DNA of 64,000 nucleotides from a virus: IMG/VR virus record IMGVR_UViG_3300045988_087149, positions 1 to 64,000 of that record; one strand, 5' to 3'. Shown piece by piece: positions 1 to 9,026 of this stretch (position 1 is its first letter; each line of letters starts with the position of its first letter). The notes under the pieces were generated by a model. It saw only the letters and a program-made list of their open reading frames with translations, ran no database searches and was not told where the DNA came from. The position numbers and the translations under genes were made by a program.

Positions 1-1
1 T

Positions 2-33
2 GAGAGGGGTTAGAAATAGCCCCTCTCTATTTA
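2..33 (+). terminator. rho-independent terminator closing an off-window upstream gene
   Basis: GAGAGGGG (2-9) / CCCCTCTC (20-27) stem, 10-nt loop, T-rich tail. Confidence 0.6.
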
Positions 34-63
34 TAACGGAAATAAGAAAGGAAAATAAAAGGA

Positions 64-723
64 ATGGCAAACACTACTAATAAATCTACTACAAACACAT
101 CAAAGACAACTACTAAGAAAGAAGTCGCGTCAACTGTACCTGTTGTTGATATAGAGAAGGAACAGCTTAAGGCGCAACTTGCCGAACAGCAGAAGCGCAT
201 GGAAGAAATGATGGCGCAGATGCAGGTTCTTATGCAAGCACAGAGCAATACTGCAACAATTCCTACAAAATCTGTCAATTCAAACAAGCAGATTACGTTT
301 ATTAACCTAACATCAGGCGGCCTTAATCTGCGCGGCACTCGTATGCACCATATTGATAAGCAGTTTGGTTCTAAGAGCGTACAGGAATCTGAGGCTAGGG
401 TTATTGTATCTAATATGCCAAATAGTATTGCAGAGGGCTATGTGTATATTCCAGATAATGAGTTCCTAGAATCTTGTAATATGGGTGGCGTATATGATGG
501 TATGCTCAATGATGAGCAGATGAAAACGCTACTTAATCAGGACGCGAATTATGTCTGCGATGTATTTGAGAATGCGACTGATTCTCAAAAGCGCATTATT
601 ATTGATATGGTGTCTGATAGACAGCTTAACGGTAAGCCTGTTGATGCTAATATTCTAGTTCGTCTTGGCAAGCTGTCAGGAGTAGATTTCTTAGACATTG
701 AACCCCTTGATGACAAGGAGTGA
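64..723 (+). CDS. hypothetical virion-module protein (Gln/Glu-rich coiled-coil N-terminus, scaffold-like?)
   Basis: 219-aa ORF directly after the terminator; purine-rich SD-like stretch before the ATG; no motif recognised. Confidence 0.5.
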   Translation: MANTTNKSTTNTSKTTTKKEVASTVPVVDIEKEQLKAQLAEQQKRMEEMMAQMQVLMQAQSNTATIPTKSVNSNKQITFINLTSGGLNLRGTRMHHIDKQFGSKSVQESEARVIVSNMPNSIAEGYVYIPDNEFLESCNMGGVYDGMLNDEQMKTLLNQDANYVCDVFENATDSQKRIIIDMVSDRQLNGKPVDANILVRLGKLSGVDFLDIEPLDDKE

Positions 724-729
724 TAAATT

Positions 730-1170
730 ATGGCAACATCATTTGATGTTATTGGACAAAGAGCATTAAGTGTAATTGATGACTATAAACTGCGCAAGCT
801 ATATGATGCAAACATTGAGTTGTTTCACGACAAGATTGATGGATGGGTCATTAGTTCAGCCGCAAAGTTTATAGAATGTGAGCAACCTCTAACATACGAT
901 TCAGAGCTTAGACAATTTGACGCAGATTTAACAGATTTAGAGATTCAGATTCTTGCCGAATATTGGGTTATTTACTGGTGGCGCGGCGAGACGGACGTAG
1001 CAACACAGATTGCGCAAAAACTTAAAGTTCCATCATCTTTCCAGATGGATGGCGTATCCTCGCAGAATTTCAAAGAAAAACAGAACGTCATTGATAAGCT
1101 AGAAGAAGATGTAGATAGGCTCATTCACGACAAATACCAGCTCTTATATCTATCCTCCTATAATTATTAA
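730..1170 (+). CDS. hypothetical protein (head-tail joining region by position)
   Basis: 146-aa ORF, 6 nt after the previous stop, co-oriented operon. Confidence 0.5.
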   Translation: MATSFDVIGQRALSVIDDYKLRKLYDANIELFHDKIDGWVISSAAKFIECEQPLTYDSELRQFDADLTDLEIQILAEYWVIYWWRGETDVATQIAQKLKVPSSFQMDGVSSQNFKEKQNVIDKLEEDVDRLIHDKYQLLYLSSYNY

Positions 1171-1184
1171 AGAGGGGTGGATAT

Positions 1185-1451
1185 ATGAGTAGAACAGACA
1201 AGCAAGATAAAATTCATGCTTTATATAAAGTCCTGTTGTTATTTGAAGATTTAACTAGCCTTGAGCCGACAATCGAAGAAGCCGACTATACAGCATATTG
1301 TGAGCGGCTATCTGTGCGATTTAGAGCGGTTGATGGTGAAATCGCTGATACATTAGCAGGACTAAGCAAAATGGGGCTTGAGCTTACTCATCCGATTATT
1401 CGTTCATGTGTATTGCGCATGACGAACAGGATTGAAAGGATGGGTGATTGA
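1185..1451 (+). CDS. hypothetical protein
   Basis: 88-aa ORF with GAGGGGTGG SD upstream of the ATG. Confidence 0.5.
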   Translation: MSRTDKQDKIHALYKVLLLFEDLTSLEPTIEEADYTAYCERLSVRFRAVDGEIADTLAGLSKMGLELTHPIIRSCVLRMTNRIERMGD

Positions 1452-1452
1452 T

Positions 1453-2205
1453 ATGGCATATGAGATGTTTCAATATCAACCAAACCCCAATGATTATTAC
1501 CGCGATTTGACGCAAGAATATATAGATTCGCAATGGGACAACACCTCGGCTAAAACGCCTGAGAATGGCGGAGAATTGCTAGAACAAAATGGAATAGGGT
1601 CTGATGAATATAATCCAGTAGAAGCATGGGTTGCGCCTACAGTTGCAACTACATCAACCGGACAAAAGGATACTATAGATTTTCTACAGCTAATATTTAG
1701 GGACATTGACCATTTTGTTGTGCGCGGACTTTACTACAAGTTCGATAATAATGTGTGGATTGTCCACGATTCTGGCAAATTTGATGGCTTGCCACGTGCT
1801 GTTGGCGTGCGCCGTTGCAACAATGTTATGCGGATTAAAGATGAGGTCAATGACGTAATTTTTAGTGCCCCATGTGTTGTTGACTATGATATGCAATCAC
1901 CATCAGCGCAGGTAAGTACGCCCATCATTACGCCGAACAATCATGCTGTCGTTATGGTTCAGGGCAATGAGGACGTATATAGGCTATTTAAATATAACAC
2001 ACGTTATATATTGGGTGGTAGACCATTCAAGCTGTTATCCTATCAGAATGCAATCAACTCATACGGCATCGACAAGCCAACATTGCTTACTCTTGAGCTA
2101 TATCTTGATGAGGCTCACGCCGGTGATGATATTGCGAATCAGCTTGCGGATAATAGCTCCGTTGATTATCCAATGGACGAAAACGCGCCATTTCCAATGG
2201 GCTAA
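1453..2205 (+). CDS. hypothetical structural-module protein
   Basis: Track ORF 1432-2205. The internal ATG at 1453 (MAYEMFQ...) follows the previous stop and an AAGGATGGGTG SD. Confidence 0.5.
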   Translation: MAYEMFQYQPNPNDYYRDLTQEYIDSQWDNTSAKTPENGGELLEQNGIGSDEYNPVEAWVAPTVATTSTGQKDTIDFLQLIFRDIDHFVVRGLYYKFDNNVWIVHDSGKFDGLPRAVGVRRCNNVMRIKDEVNDVIFSAPCVVDYDMQSPSAQVSTPIITPNNHAVVMVQGNEDVYRLFKYNTRYILGGRPFKLLSYQNAINSYGIDKPTLLTLELYLDEAHAGDDIANQLADNSSVDYPMDENAPFPMG

Positions 2206-2219
2206 AGGAGGGCGGTTAG

Positions 2220-2798
2220 ATGTATAATTCATTAAGTCGTTTACCGACAATACCATATAATATTATGGTATATTTAGCAAAATCGACCGACCCTATTGCT
2301 GAGATATTTTGGAAGATGTTGGCATATCAGGACTATAAGGCATTAAGCCATGAGCTGCTTACATTTCAACAGAAGATGAAGCTAGTATGGTTACATGGCA
2401 AGCAAGATACATATAGCGTATTCTTAACTAATCTAATTGAGGACGCTATGGCTGAATCCAAGCAGATTGTTAAGATATACCAATATTACATCCATGCCTC
2501 TGAGCTATATACTAGTACAGTAGTCTATGCATTTGATTGTCTGTATGGCGGTCAGATGAGCCTAGTTGAATATAACGGTATCCCTGTTAATCGCGGCGAT
2601 TTGTTTATCCATTGCATCCTTACTCTACTGAACGGAGTAGAAGTTGGCGGCGTAGGCAAGCTTACATTCTTGGATGATATGAGCCGATATAGTGCGGCAC
2701 GGTCAACAATTGGCAACAATAAGACCTTCACAGGTGTGCAGTTATACATGGCTGTTGATGTTGGAGATGCTGGCACAGAGGATGGTTGCCGTGTTTAA
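2220..2798 (+). CDS. hypothetical structural-module protein
   Basis: 192-aa ORF, AAGGAGGG SD at 2205-2212. Confidence 0.5.
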   Translation: MYNSLSRLPTIPYNIMVYLAKSTDPIAEIFWKMLAYQDYKALSHELLTFQQKMKLVWLHGKQDTYSVFLTNLIEDAMAESKQIVKIYQYYIHASELYTSTVVYAFDCLYGGQMSLVEYNGIPVNRGDLFIHCILTLLNGVEVGGVGKLTFLDDMSRYSAARSTIGNNKTFTGVQLYMAVDVGDAGTEDGCRV

Positions 2799-3672
2799 TC
2801 CGAAGTCGGACTATTATGTCTACAATGAGCTTTACTTTGCTTATGATAAGCCTGTACCATATAAATTAAGGAACGGTCATGAGCTTCAGATATATCCTGT
2901 AAAATTACAGGATTCTTTAATCTTTTTAACAAGTTGCGACTTGTTGACCATAGATAAGAATAGTCTTGGCTCCGTTGAGATTATTCAGATGTCTTATCTC
3001 AAGTATATCATACAATATAAGCTAAGTCAAGAGGATGAAGATGCGGCTAAATATGAGCGACAAAAGTTGACAAATATTTGCATCCTTTGTTTTCATATGC
3101 AACTGCCATTTATTCTGAATGACGATAGCGGTAAGCCGTTCATTGGGGACGTTGGTAATAGCGAGGTCAAGATATATGAGAAAGATTTTGAAGATATTCG
3201 CCGCATTGTTATGTACCAAAATATACTTGACTATGATGACGAATATATTGACCCGGACTTAAAAAAGGCAATTGAAGAAACTAAAGCAATGAGAGCTGCA
3301 AAATGTGCGCCGATTTCGACTGAGCGCAAAATCGCTATTGTCGCGGCTCATACAGGTTACGACAAAGAAAAGCTACATACTATGACATATCGCAGTTTCA
3401 ACCTCTTGTTTAATGAGGTGTGCGAAGAAGTGGATTTCTTAACTACGCGGCCCATTGCCTTGTATGCGGGTAAAGCCAAAGACATGGAGCATTGGATTTA
3501 CAAGAAAAAGAAAGATAAATATAGCGACTATATCATGACGCTTGAGGATTATAATAAATCCATGGGTGGCGATGGTAAAGTCGCTGATGGTAAAATAAGA
3601 GCATCAAAGAATATGCCTACTGATGGGGCGGCTTTAGATGCTATGTATAATATGAATACTAACTCAAAATAA
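2782..3672 (+). CDS. hypothetical structural-module protein
   Basis: Track ORF 2692-3672. The start is probably the ATG at 2782 (MVAVFNPKS...), overlapping the previous gene end. Start uncertain. Confidence 0.45.
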   Translation: MVAVFNPKSDYYVYNELYFAYDKPVPYKLRNGHELQIYPVKLQDSLIFLTSCDLLTIDKNSLGSVEIIQMSYLKYIIQYKLSQEDEDAAKYERQKLTNICILCFHMQLPFILNDDSGKPFIGDVGNSEVKIYEKDFEDIRRIVMYQNILDYDDEYIDPDLKKAIEETKAMRAAKCAPISTERKIAIVAAHTGYDKEKLHTMTYRSFNLLFNEVCEEVDFLTTRPIALYAGKAKDMEHWIYKKKKDKYSDYIMTLEDYNKSMGGDGKVADGKIRASKNMPTDGAALDAMYNMNTNSK

Positions 3673-3693
3673 CTGAGGAGGAAATGAAAATAT

Positions 3694-4353
3694 ATGGCTA
3701 ATATTTTTACGGCTGGCCCTGCAAGAGCACTATTCTTCTATGGTCAGCAACTAATTGGTGTTGGCAAAACACTTTCCGAGACTGTCTTCGATTCCTCCAT
3801 CACGGGTGAGGAAGTCCGTGGTGGCCCCGGCAATCTACTCTATGGTAAATATTTCCACGATTCCAATCTGAACATTCAGATTACTGACGCAATGTTTAAT
3901 CTACAGTATGTCGCAGCTTCTCTAGGTGTCGATGTAAATCAGGGTGGCGTTTCTCTATACGAGTCTGCAAAGGCTGGCGAAACCGTTGCGGCTGGTGGCA
4001 AGATTACCCTAACTAATACTGCTGTTGCATTTGACGGTGCTATTCTCGCTTGGTATAAGAAGCCCGCAGATGATGACTGGACTGTTGCTACTGTTTCTGA
4101 TAACGCAATCACTGTCCCCGGTGTCACTACTGGCGACCATTACTGTGTCAAGTATTTCTATCAGAACATGAACGCTAAGTCCATTACTATCAAGGCGCAG
4201 TATGTTCCTAAGACTCTGCACCTCGTTCTAATTAACGACCTATATTCTGGCGATGTTGCTAATGTTGCTGCTTCTAGTTCCAAGTATGGCCGTCTCATTA
4301 CTGATATTCCACAGTATCAGCTAGATGGTAAAATTTTTAAGCAAGCTGCTTAA
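3694..4353 (+). CDS. major tail (tube) protein, exon 1. The ORF as read runs a few codons into intron A; the predicted splice is after 4329.
   Basis: GAGGAGGAAA SD. It lies immediately upstream of the chaperone-position genes and the tape measure. The frame stops at 4351-4353 just inside a group I intron core. The tail-tube assignment rests on position plus a C-terminal Ig-like exon; a capsid role is not excluded. Confidence 0.55.
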   Translation: MANIFTAGPARALFFYGQQLIGVGKTLSETVFDSSITGEEVRGGPGNLLYGKYFHDSNLNIQITDAMFNLQYVAASLGVDVNQGGVSLYESAKAGETVAAGGKITLTNTAVAFDGAILAWYKKPADDDWTVATVSDNAITVPGVTTGDHYCVKYFYQNMNAKSITIKAQYVPKTLHLVLINDLYSGDVANVAASSSKYGRLITDIPQYQLDGKIFKQAA

Positions 4354-5590
4354 AATAATAGCCACTTATATATCGTAAGATGTATAAGCTCCGTGTTAAC
4401 TGCTGGCAATCCCTAAAGCTCTTAATACTACAACGTAGAGATGAAATAAGCTCAGGCGTGATATGTTACGAAAGTAGAAAAAAATTAAGAGATGGCGCAT
4501 GGTTAAATCCTAAACGCTTATAATGGGTCTTCAGCATCCAATCCTCGAATAGAGGAAGGTTCAACGACTACCTCCTTGTGGGAGGGTAAGCCCAAGTGGG
4601 CTGAAAAATACGGCTCTTAATTTGTTCATAATTCCCAATTATTATATATAGAAAGGCGGTGAATCAATGTTTGACGAAAATCAACTTGTTAAGATAAAAT
4701 GGCATTCTCATAATAAACAATATTTTATTAAAATGGGGTTGACGTTTACTAAGATTGGTGACGAAATAGAAATCCCTGCAAAAATGTTATCCAAAGAAAG
4801 TCATGCAAGGGTAAAATGTACTTGTGATTATTGTGGAAAAGAATATTACACTAATTACAATGTTTGCAGAAGAAGTCTATTGCGTGGTAAACTATCTTGT
4901 GAGGCGTGTAAGCAAAAGAAACGCGAAGATTCTTTTACGGGGAAATATGGCGTTGGTTCGCCGGGCGCATCTGATGTTTGTAGACAAAGAGCACAAGACA
5001 CCATGATTGATAAATATGGTGGGCGATTTGCGTTACAAACTAAAGAAGGGCAAGAATCTTTTAAGAAATCAATGCTTGAAAAATATGATTGCGACAATCC
5101 AATGAAGTCAAGAGAACTGATGTATAAGGCAAGAATTTCAACATATGAGAATGGAACTAATCCTAGCTCAAGACCGGAACGAGAAGTTATTAAAATGCTA
5201 GAGGAATTATACGGCAAAGACAACTGCGTTCCTGGCTATCCTGTAGGTAGGACAAATTTGGATTGTTTGTTAACTGTAGATGATATTAAGATTGATGTTG
5301 AATATGATGGGAAATATTGGCATCAAGACAAGCTACATGACCAAAAGCGTAATCATTGGTTAATAGCAAATGGATATAAAGTCATACGGATATTGGGAAA
5401 TCCGCGTGATACATTACCAAGTAAAGAACAGCTAAAGGGAGAGGTTGATTATATTTTAGCTGGACATGACTTGGGATATATTGATATGAACGAATAAGAT
5501 GAACATATAGTCTGCTCTCATGCGAAAGTATGAGCAGTTCTTTAAGAACGGCATAGGATTAACGACCCTATGTGAACATATGGCTCTCAG
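4330..5590 (+). mobile_element. group I intron A (IA2-like) carrying a homing-endonuclease ORF
   Basis: R box GGTTCAACGACTACC (4558-4572) and S box ACATATAGTCTGC (5503-5515) can form P7 (GACTA/TAGTC). P7.1/P7.2-type hairpins lie at 4571-4585 and 4590-4601, and 3' hairpins at 5515-5534 and 5553-5573. Candidate P1 is TGGT (4326-4329) / GCCA (4361-4364), with a U-G wobble at the splice site. Boundaries are predicted only. Confidence 0.75.
4667..5497 (+). CDS. intron-encoded homing endonuclease (Zn-ribbon + KYG repeats + DUF559/Vsr-like PD-(D/E)XK nuclease domain)
   Basis: 276 aa. It has CDYCG...CEAC cysteines, tandem ~25-aa KYG.. repeats, and a C-terminal IDVEYDGKYWH..D..R..L..GYKVIRI matching the E-x-DG-x-x-H ... 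GxxVxR pattern of DUF559/Vsr-like nucleases. It sits between the R and S boxes and is a paralogue of 17304-18347. Confidence 0.7.
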   Translation: MFDENQLVKIKWHSHNKQYFIKMGLTFTKIGDEIEIPAKMLSKESHARVKCTCDYCGKEYYTNYNVCRRSLLRGKLSCEACKQKKREDSFTGKYGVGSPGASDVCRQRAQDTMIDKYGGRFALQTKEGQESFKKSMLEKYDCDNPMKSRELMYKARISTYENGTNPSSRPEREVIKMLEELYGKDNCVPGYPVGRTNLDCLLTVDDIKIDVEYDGKYWHQDKLHDQKRNHWLIANGYKVIRILGNPRDTLPSKEQLKGEVDYILAGHDLGYIDMNE

Positions 5591-6019
5591 AACATCTCTT
5601 GGTCTGCAACTTCTACTGCAACCGTTTCTCTAAACGGCTCTGCTCTAGCGATTGATGATGGCTCTTCTTGTGAGGAAGACCCCATCTATGGTACTATGAC
5701 TCAGGAAATCTTTGGCGCAAAGTGGCAGGATGATGTTAAGGCTGTTGCCATTGGCAATGCTGATATTGACCTTGCTAAGAGCGCATCTGAGACTCTACAG
5801 GTCTATGCCGTCTTTGGTGGCGGCGTTGCATCTCGTATGATGGATAATAGCAACTTCAACTTCACGGTTGAAAGTGGTGGCACTTCTGCAAGTGTTAATG
5901 CAAGTGGCGTTGTTACTGCGACCACTACTGATGGTACGGCGGTCATTTCTGTTACGCTGAAAGACGCGGCTGGCAAGCCAACCGATAAGATTGGCTATGC
6001 CAATGTAACAGTCGCTTAA
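5591..6019 (+). CDS. major tail protein, exon 2 (Ig-like/Big_2-type C-terminal domain)
   Basis: The frame is open from 5576 with no SD or start before the ATG at 5696. Sequence ...VYAVFGGG...SGVVTATTTDGTAVISVTL is Ig-like. A strong terminator follows. The 5' end is a predicted splice acceptor (omega-G 5590; alternatives 5574, 5582, 5583). Confidence 0.6.
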   Translation, partial: NISWSATSTATVSLNGSALAIDDGSSCEEDPIYGTMTQEIFGAKWQDDVKAVAIGNADIDLAKSASETLQVYAVFGGGVASRMMDNSNFNFTVESGGTSASVNASGVVTATTTDGTAVISVTLKDAAGKPTDKIGYANVTVA

Positions 6020-6042
6020 TCACAATTTAATAAACAATAATA

Positions 6043-6072
6043 ATGGGGTAGTTTCGGCTACCCCATTTTATT
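6043..6072 (+). terminator. rho-independent terminator after the major tail protein gene
   Basis: ATGGGGTAG / CTACCCCAT stem with TTTCGG loop, followed by TTTATT. Confidence 0.7.
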
Positions 6073-6100
6073 ACAACTCAATACGAGGAGGTAATAAATC

Positions 6101-6418
6101 ATGGATTGTCCCTATTGTAAAGTAGGCGCATATATGGATTTTTGCAAATGCACAAAGCAAGAAGGCGAGCCAATTTGCCCACATGTATATAGATGCACCA
6201 AACTCCAAATTTGGAAACAACTAGATGGTATGTTGAATTGCCCAATGCGGCAAAATCAAGGCAATGTTAAGATGGCTCGACATGGCTATTTATATGTACA
6301 AGTCGGTGACCAGCTTATTAAGGTAGAAAACCCATATGATTATATCCCAGATAATGTACATCTAAGGAAATATAAAGGAACTTATAAGGTAGTTAAAGAA
6401 AAGGAGAATAAGGAATAA
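6101..6418 (+). CDS. hypothetical Cys-rich protein
   Basis: 105 aa with GAGGAGG SD; several CxxC-like pairs (CPYC, CKC, CPH..C). Confidence 0.5.
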   Translation: MDCPYCKVGAYMDFCKCTKQEGEPICPHVYRCTKLQIWKQLDGMLNCPMRQNQGNVKMARHGYLYVQVGDQLIKVENPYDYIPDNVHLRKYKGTYKVVKEKENKE

Positions 6419-6819
6419 TGAAGGATTTTAAGGAAATGGAAAGTATTGAACTCAAGGATTTTGGCGTTCGCGTCAATCCGTATCTAACTTATGCACAGGT
6501 TCAGGCTATTGCTAATAGCGTCTATACTCTAAAGAGCTGGGCAGAGCGTGAACAAAACATTGATATGCTACTGCTTATTTATGCGACTGACCTAACGGCT
6601 GAAGAAGTCAATAACTACAATCATGACCATTGGCTTAAGTGTGGCCTGATTGACTGTGTTAAGGCGAATGTGCTAAATTTCTATGATATTGAGAAGGCTA
6701 TTAAGTATGAGGAAAGCCCAATGCGCACACTTATGAAGCTGGCTAATGAAATGCCTGAATTTAGCAAGAAGCTCAATGAATACCTAGAGGTGGCAAAGAA
6801 TGCCAACAGCAAGAAGTGA
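6418..6819 (+). CDS. hypothetical protein (tail assembly chaperone position)
   Basis: 133 aa with ATGA overlap to the previous gene; function inferred from position upstream of the tape measure only. Confidence 0.35.
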   Translation: MKDFKEMESIELKDFGVRVNPYLTYAQVQAIANSVYTLKSWAEREQNIDMLLLIYATDLTAEEVNNYNHDHWLKCGLIDCVKANVLNFYDIEKAIKYEESPMRTLMKLANEMPEFSKKLNEYLEVAKNANSKK

Positions 6820-7351
6820 AGTTGAATTGCGTCGAATGTTGAAAGACCCCTTGCAAAAAGCTGTACAATATGTTGTTCAGAAGATATGGAATGAAAATCG
6901 CGAAGTAGTGCGACTCGTTGTCTACGAGGTTTATCAACCAACGAAATATGATAGAACCAAGGGTTTTCTTAATGCGTGGGATTTTACAGGTGAGTATTAC
7001 AATCCACCAAGTATGAACTCTGTAGCACATGGTGAATTTTACTTTAAGCCCAGTGAAATGCCGCTTGGCAGTACAGACCCAAATTCAGGAGATTATGCGC
7101 AACATATTGGTATTGCTGGAAATTATAAAGGCGAAGATGCTCGTGAGTATCTAGCTGATATTATTTATGGTAATATCAAGTGGGGTTCTGGCTTTGGCAT
7201 TGGAGATTGGCAAAGAAAGCGTGACGCATGGACTGAACTAAATAAGCGCATAGGTAGACGCAAAATGAAACAATGGATGAAAGAAGGCATGGAGGCGGCT
7301 GGGCTTACTGTACAGATGCATAATACGCCGCTTCATGTCGAGGAAAGTTAA
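6800..7351 (+). CDS. hypothetical protein
   Basis: 183 aa with its own GAGGTGG SD 6 nt upstream of the ATG; overlaps the previous gene by 20 nt. Confidence 0.45.
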   Translation: MPTARSEVELRRMLKDPLQKAVQYVVQKIWNENREVVRLVVYEVYQPTKYDRTKGFLNAWDFTGEYYNPPSMNSVAHGEFYFKPSEMPLGSTDPNSGDYAQHIGIAGNYKGEDAREYLADIIYGNIKWGSGFGIGDWQRKRDAWTELNKRIGRRKMKQWMKEGMEAAGLTVQMHNTPLHVEES

Positions 7352-7352
7352 T

Positions 7353-7856
7353 ATGGTTATATGTGGACTTGATGCAAGCACCTCTTGCACTGGATGGTCT
7401 ATATTTGATAATGGCGAACTCATTGCATATGGCGCAATCAAGCCAAAGGGTGATGATTGGCATGATAGGGTAATGGGGCTTACTATGGAATTATCAAAAA
7501 TATTTAGACAGTATCAACCCACTATTATTTATGCAGAGGAAGTGCCTCTAAAGAAAGGCGCATCCACTATAGAGAAATTGGGTGCAGTGCAAGGTGTGAT
7601 TTTAGCATTATGCGCTGGCTTCAAGATAAAGCCATGCTTCTTGATGCCAAGTAAATGGCGTGGCGACCTTAATCTCTTTGACGGCACAAGAGCTGGTTTG
7701 CAAAGAGATGTTCTGAAGAAAAAAGCCATAGAGATGGCGAATGAAGAATTTGGCCTCGAATTGGCATGGGTTGCCCCAAGTAGCAAAAAGAATGAGGATG
7801 ATTGCGCAGAAGGAATCCTCATAGCCTACTCACAAATTAAGAAAAAGGGAGTGTGA
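7353..7856 (+). CDS. RuvC-like Holliday junction resolvase
   Basis: MVICGLDASTSCTGWSIF (RuvC N-terminal Asp motif), YAEEV (Glu), NEDDCAEGILIAY (C-terminal acidic pair). ATG at 7353 after a GAGGAAAG SD. Confidence 0.65.
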   Translation: MVICGLDASTSCTGWSIFDNGELIAYGAIKPKGDDWHDRVMGLTMELSKIFRQYQPTIIYAEEVPLKKGASTIEKLGAVQGVILALCAGFKIKPCFLMPSKWRGDLNLFDGTRAGLQRDVLKKKAIEMANEEFGLELAWVAPSSKKNEDDCAEGILIAYSQIKKKGV

Positions 7857-7859
7857 TGA

Positions 7860-8285
7860 ATGGCTAAAAGTAGTAATTACTCTATCAGTGTTGATGTTGA
7901 TCTTGATTTAAAAGACATTGACAGTAAATTAAAATCAAAGAAATATAGCCTCCCCATTGATACAACTGGCGCAAAAGAAGCTAAGGATTCAATAGACAGA
8001 ATTGCGCAAGCTACAGAAAATCTCGACAAAAAGACCAAGAAAGTAAATATAACATATCAGCAATTTAGGCAAATGCTTGACTTAGCTACTAATGCGCTAA
8101 GTAATATGTATGAGCAAGTAAGAAATCTTGATTCAGCTACAACAGAGCTGAAGAAGGTATCTGATTTGCAAGGCGCGTCGCTCGATAAATATGTATCTAA
8201 ACTGAGTAAGATTGGTCAAACAGTTGGCCGCACCGGTAAACCAAATCGGTCTGAGCCGGTATGTTGCGATGGTAAAGCAGCATAG
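7860..8285 (+). CDS. tail tape measure protein, exon 1. The ORF as read runs 16 codons into intron B; the predicted splice is after 8237.
   Basis: The N-terminal ~126 aa are coiled-coil-like and end ...SKLSKIGQTVGRTG, typical of the region preceding a TMP core. The body at 9043 continues with no SD of its own. Confidence 0.7.
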   Translation: MAKSSNYSISVDVDLDLKDIDSKLKSKKYSLPIDTTGAKEAKDSIDRIAQATENLDKKTKKVNITYQQFRQMLDLATNALSNMYEQVRNLDSATTELKKVSDLQGASLDKYVSKLSKIGQTVGRTGKPNRSEPVCCDGKAA

Positions 8286-8576
8286 AGAACAGCCCCTAAA
8301 CCCTTGAAAGCCTCAAGAGCCTTATCACTACAACATGAGGATGAGAAAAGCCTGAGTGTGAAAACAATTCATTATTAACAATGAATTAGTGCGAAAGCAG
8401 AAAGACGATAAGGATGATTCCATGGTTGAAAAACCTAAAGAATCAATGATAAATAATGTATCGTAAAAGGGCAGATTGGGCGCGAAGTCCTGATGAGGGA
8501 TGTGTCAATCGAATATACAGGGCGGCCCTCCAATTATATAGGGCGAAGAAATATTCAGGAAGGGATTGAAAACCCC

Positions 8577-8605
8577 TTGACAAATTATCTAATATGTGCT
8601 ATGTT
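8577..8605 (+). promoter_or_regulatory. sigma-70-type promoter inside intron B
   Basis: TTGACA (8577-8582), 17-nt spacer, TGc-TATGTT extended -10 (8597-8605), followed by AAGGAGG SD (8617-8623). Confidence 0.55.
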
Positions 8606-8631
8606 ATAGATACTTAAAGGAGGTATCTATT

Positions 8632-8823
8632 ATGTTTGCTACGTTTCTAATCATGCTGATTGCACCGGGCATTGGTATTTTTGTTTTATACTGTGTTATT
8701 CGCGGCTTATTTGGCAAGCATGATAAATCCCATAATCACTATTCATACCATTATGTTGATGATGAAGAACAGCGTATCAACGAATGGGGCTTAGATGATG
8801 ATTGGCGTTGGGGGAAATTGTAA
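8632..8823 (+). CDS. small single-pass membrane protein (intron B cargo 1)
   Basis: 63 aa from the ATG at 8632 (the track start at 8596 lies within the promoter). It has the hydrophobic helix FATFLIMLIAPGIGIFVLYCVI and an acidic/aromatic tail ending DDDWRWGKL. Confidence 0.5.
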   Translation: MFATFLIMLIAPGIGIFVLYCVIRGLFGKHDKSHNHYSYHYVDDEEQRINEWGLDDDWRWGKL

Positions 8824-9026
8824 TGGAAAACGCATATATGGCAATTATTATCTTTGCACTTATTTTCTTTTGTTGGTTTACATATAAGTGTTGTATGAGC
8901 GGTTATACGACAAAGAAAAGAAATCCAGATGATTATATGGAAATCAACAGAAAGCAACGCGAAAAAGATATAGCACAAGTAAAAATCCAAGAAAAGTATG
9001 ACAATGATTGGGGATATATTAGATAA
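8823..9026 (+). CDS. small single-pass membrane protein (intron B cargo 2)
   Basis: 67 aa with TAATG overlap to cargo 1. It has the helix AIIIFALIFFCWFTY and a charged tail ending YDNDWGYIR, the same D-[DN]-DW motif as cargo 1. Confidence 0.5.
   Translation: MENAYMAIIIFALIFFCWFTYKCCMSGYTTKKRNPDDYMEINRKQREKDIAQVKIQEKYDNDWGYIR

Noticed and set aside
4621-4652. Possible promoter TTGTTC-17-TATATA in front of the intron-A endonuclease ORF
   Set aside because: The -35 match is poor and the region is generally A/T-rich, unlike the exact consensus promoters elsewhere in the window.
6781-6830. Possible G/GT-type programmed frameshift between ORF 6418-6819 and the overlapping ORF 6800-7351, upstream of the tape measure
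   Set aside because: The downstream ORF is in the +1 frame, not the -1 frame. It has its own GAGGTGG SD at correct spacing from an ATG. No slippery heptamer is visible in the 20-nt overlap, and a RuvC-like gene separates it from the tape measure.
8596-8631. N-terminal extension MLCYRYLKEVSI of the first intron-B ORF as given in the track
   Set aside because: This start lies inside the predicted promoter spacer and -10 region, upstream of the AAGGAGG SD. The ATG at 8632 is the credible start.
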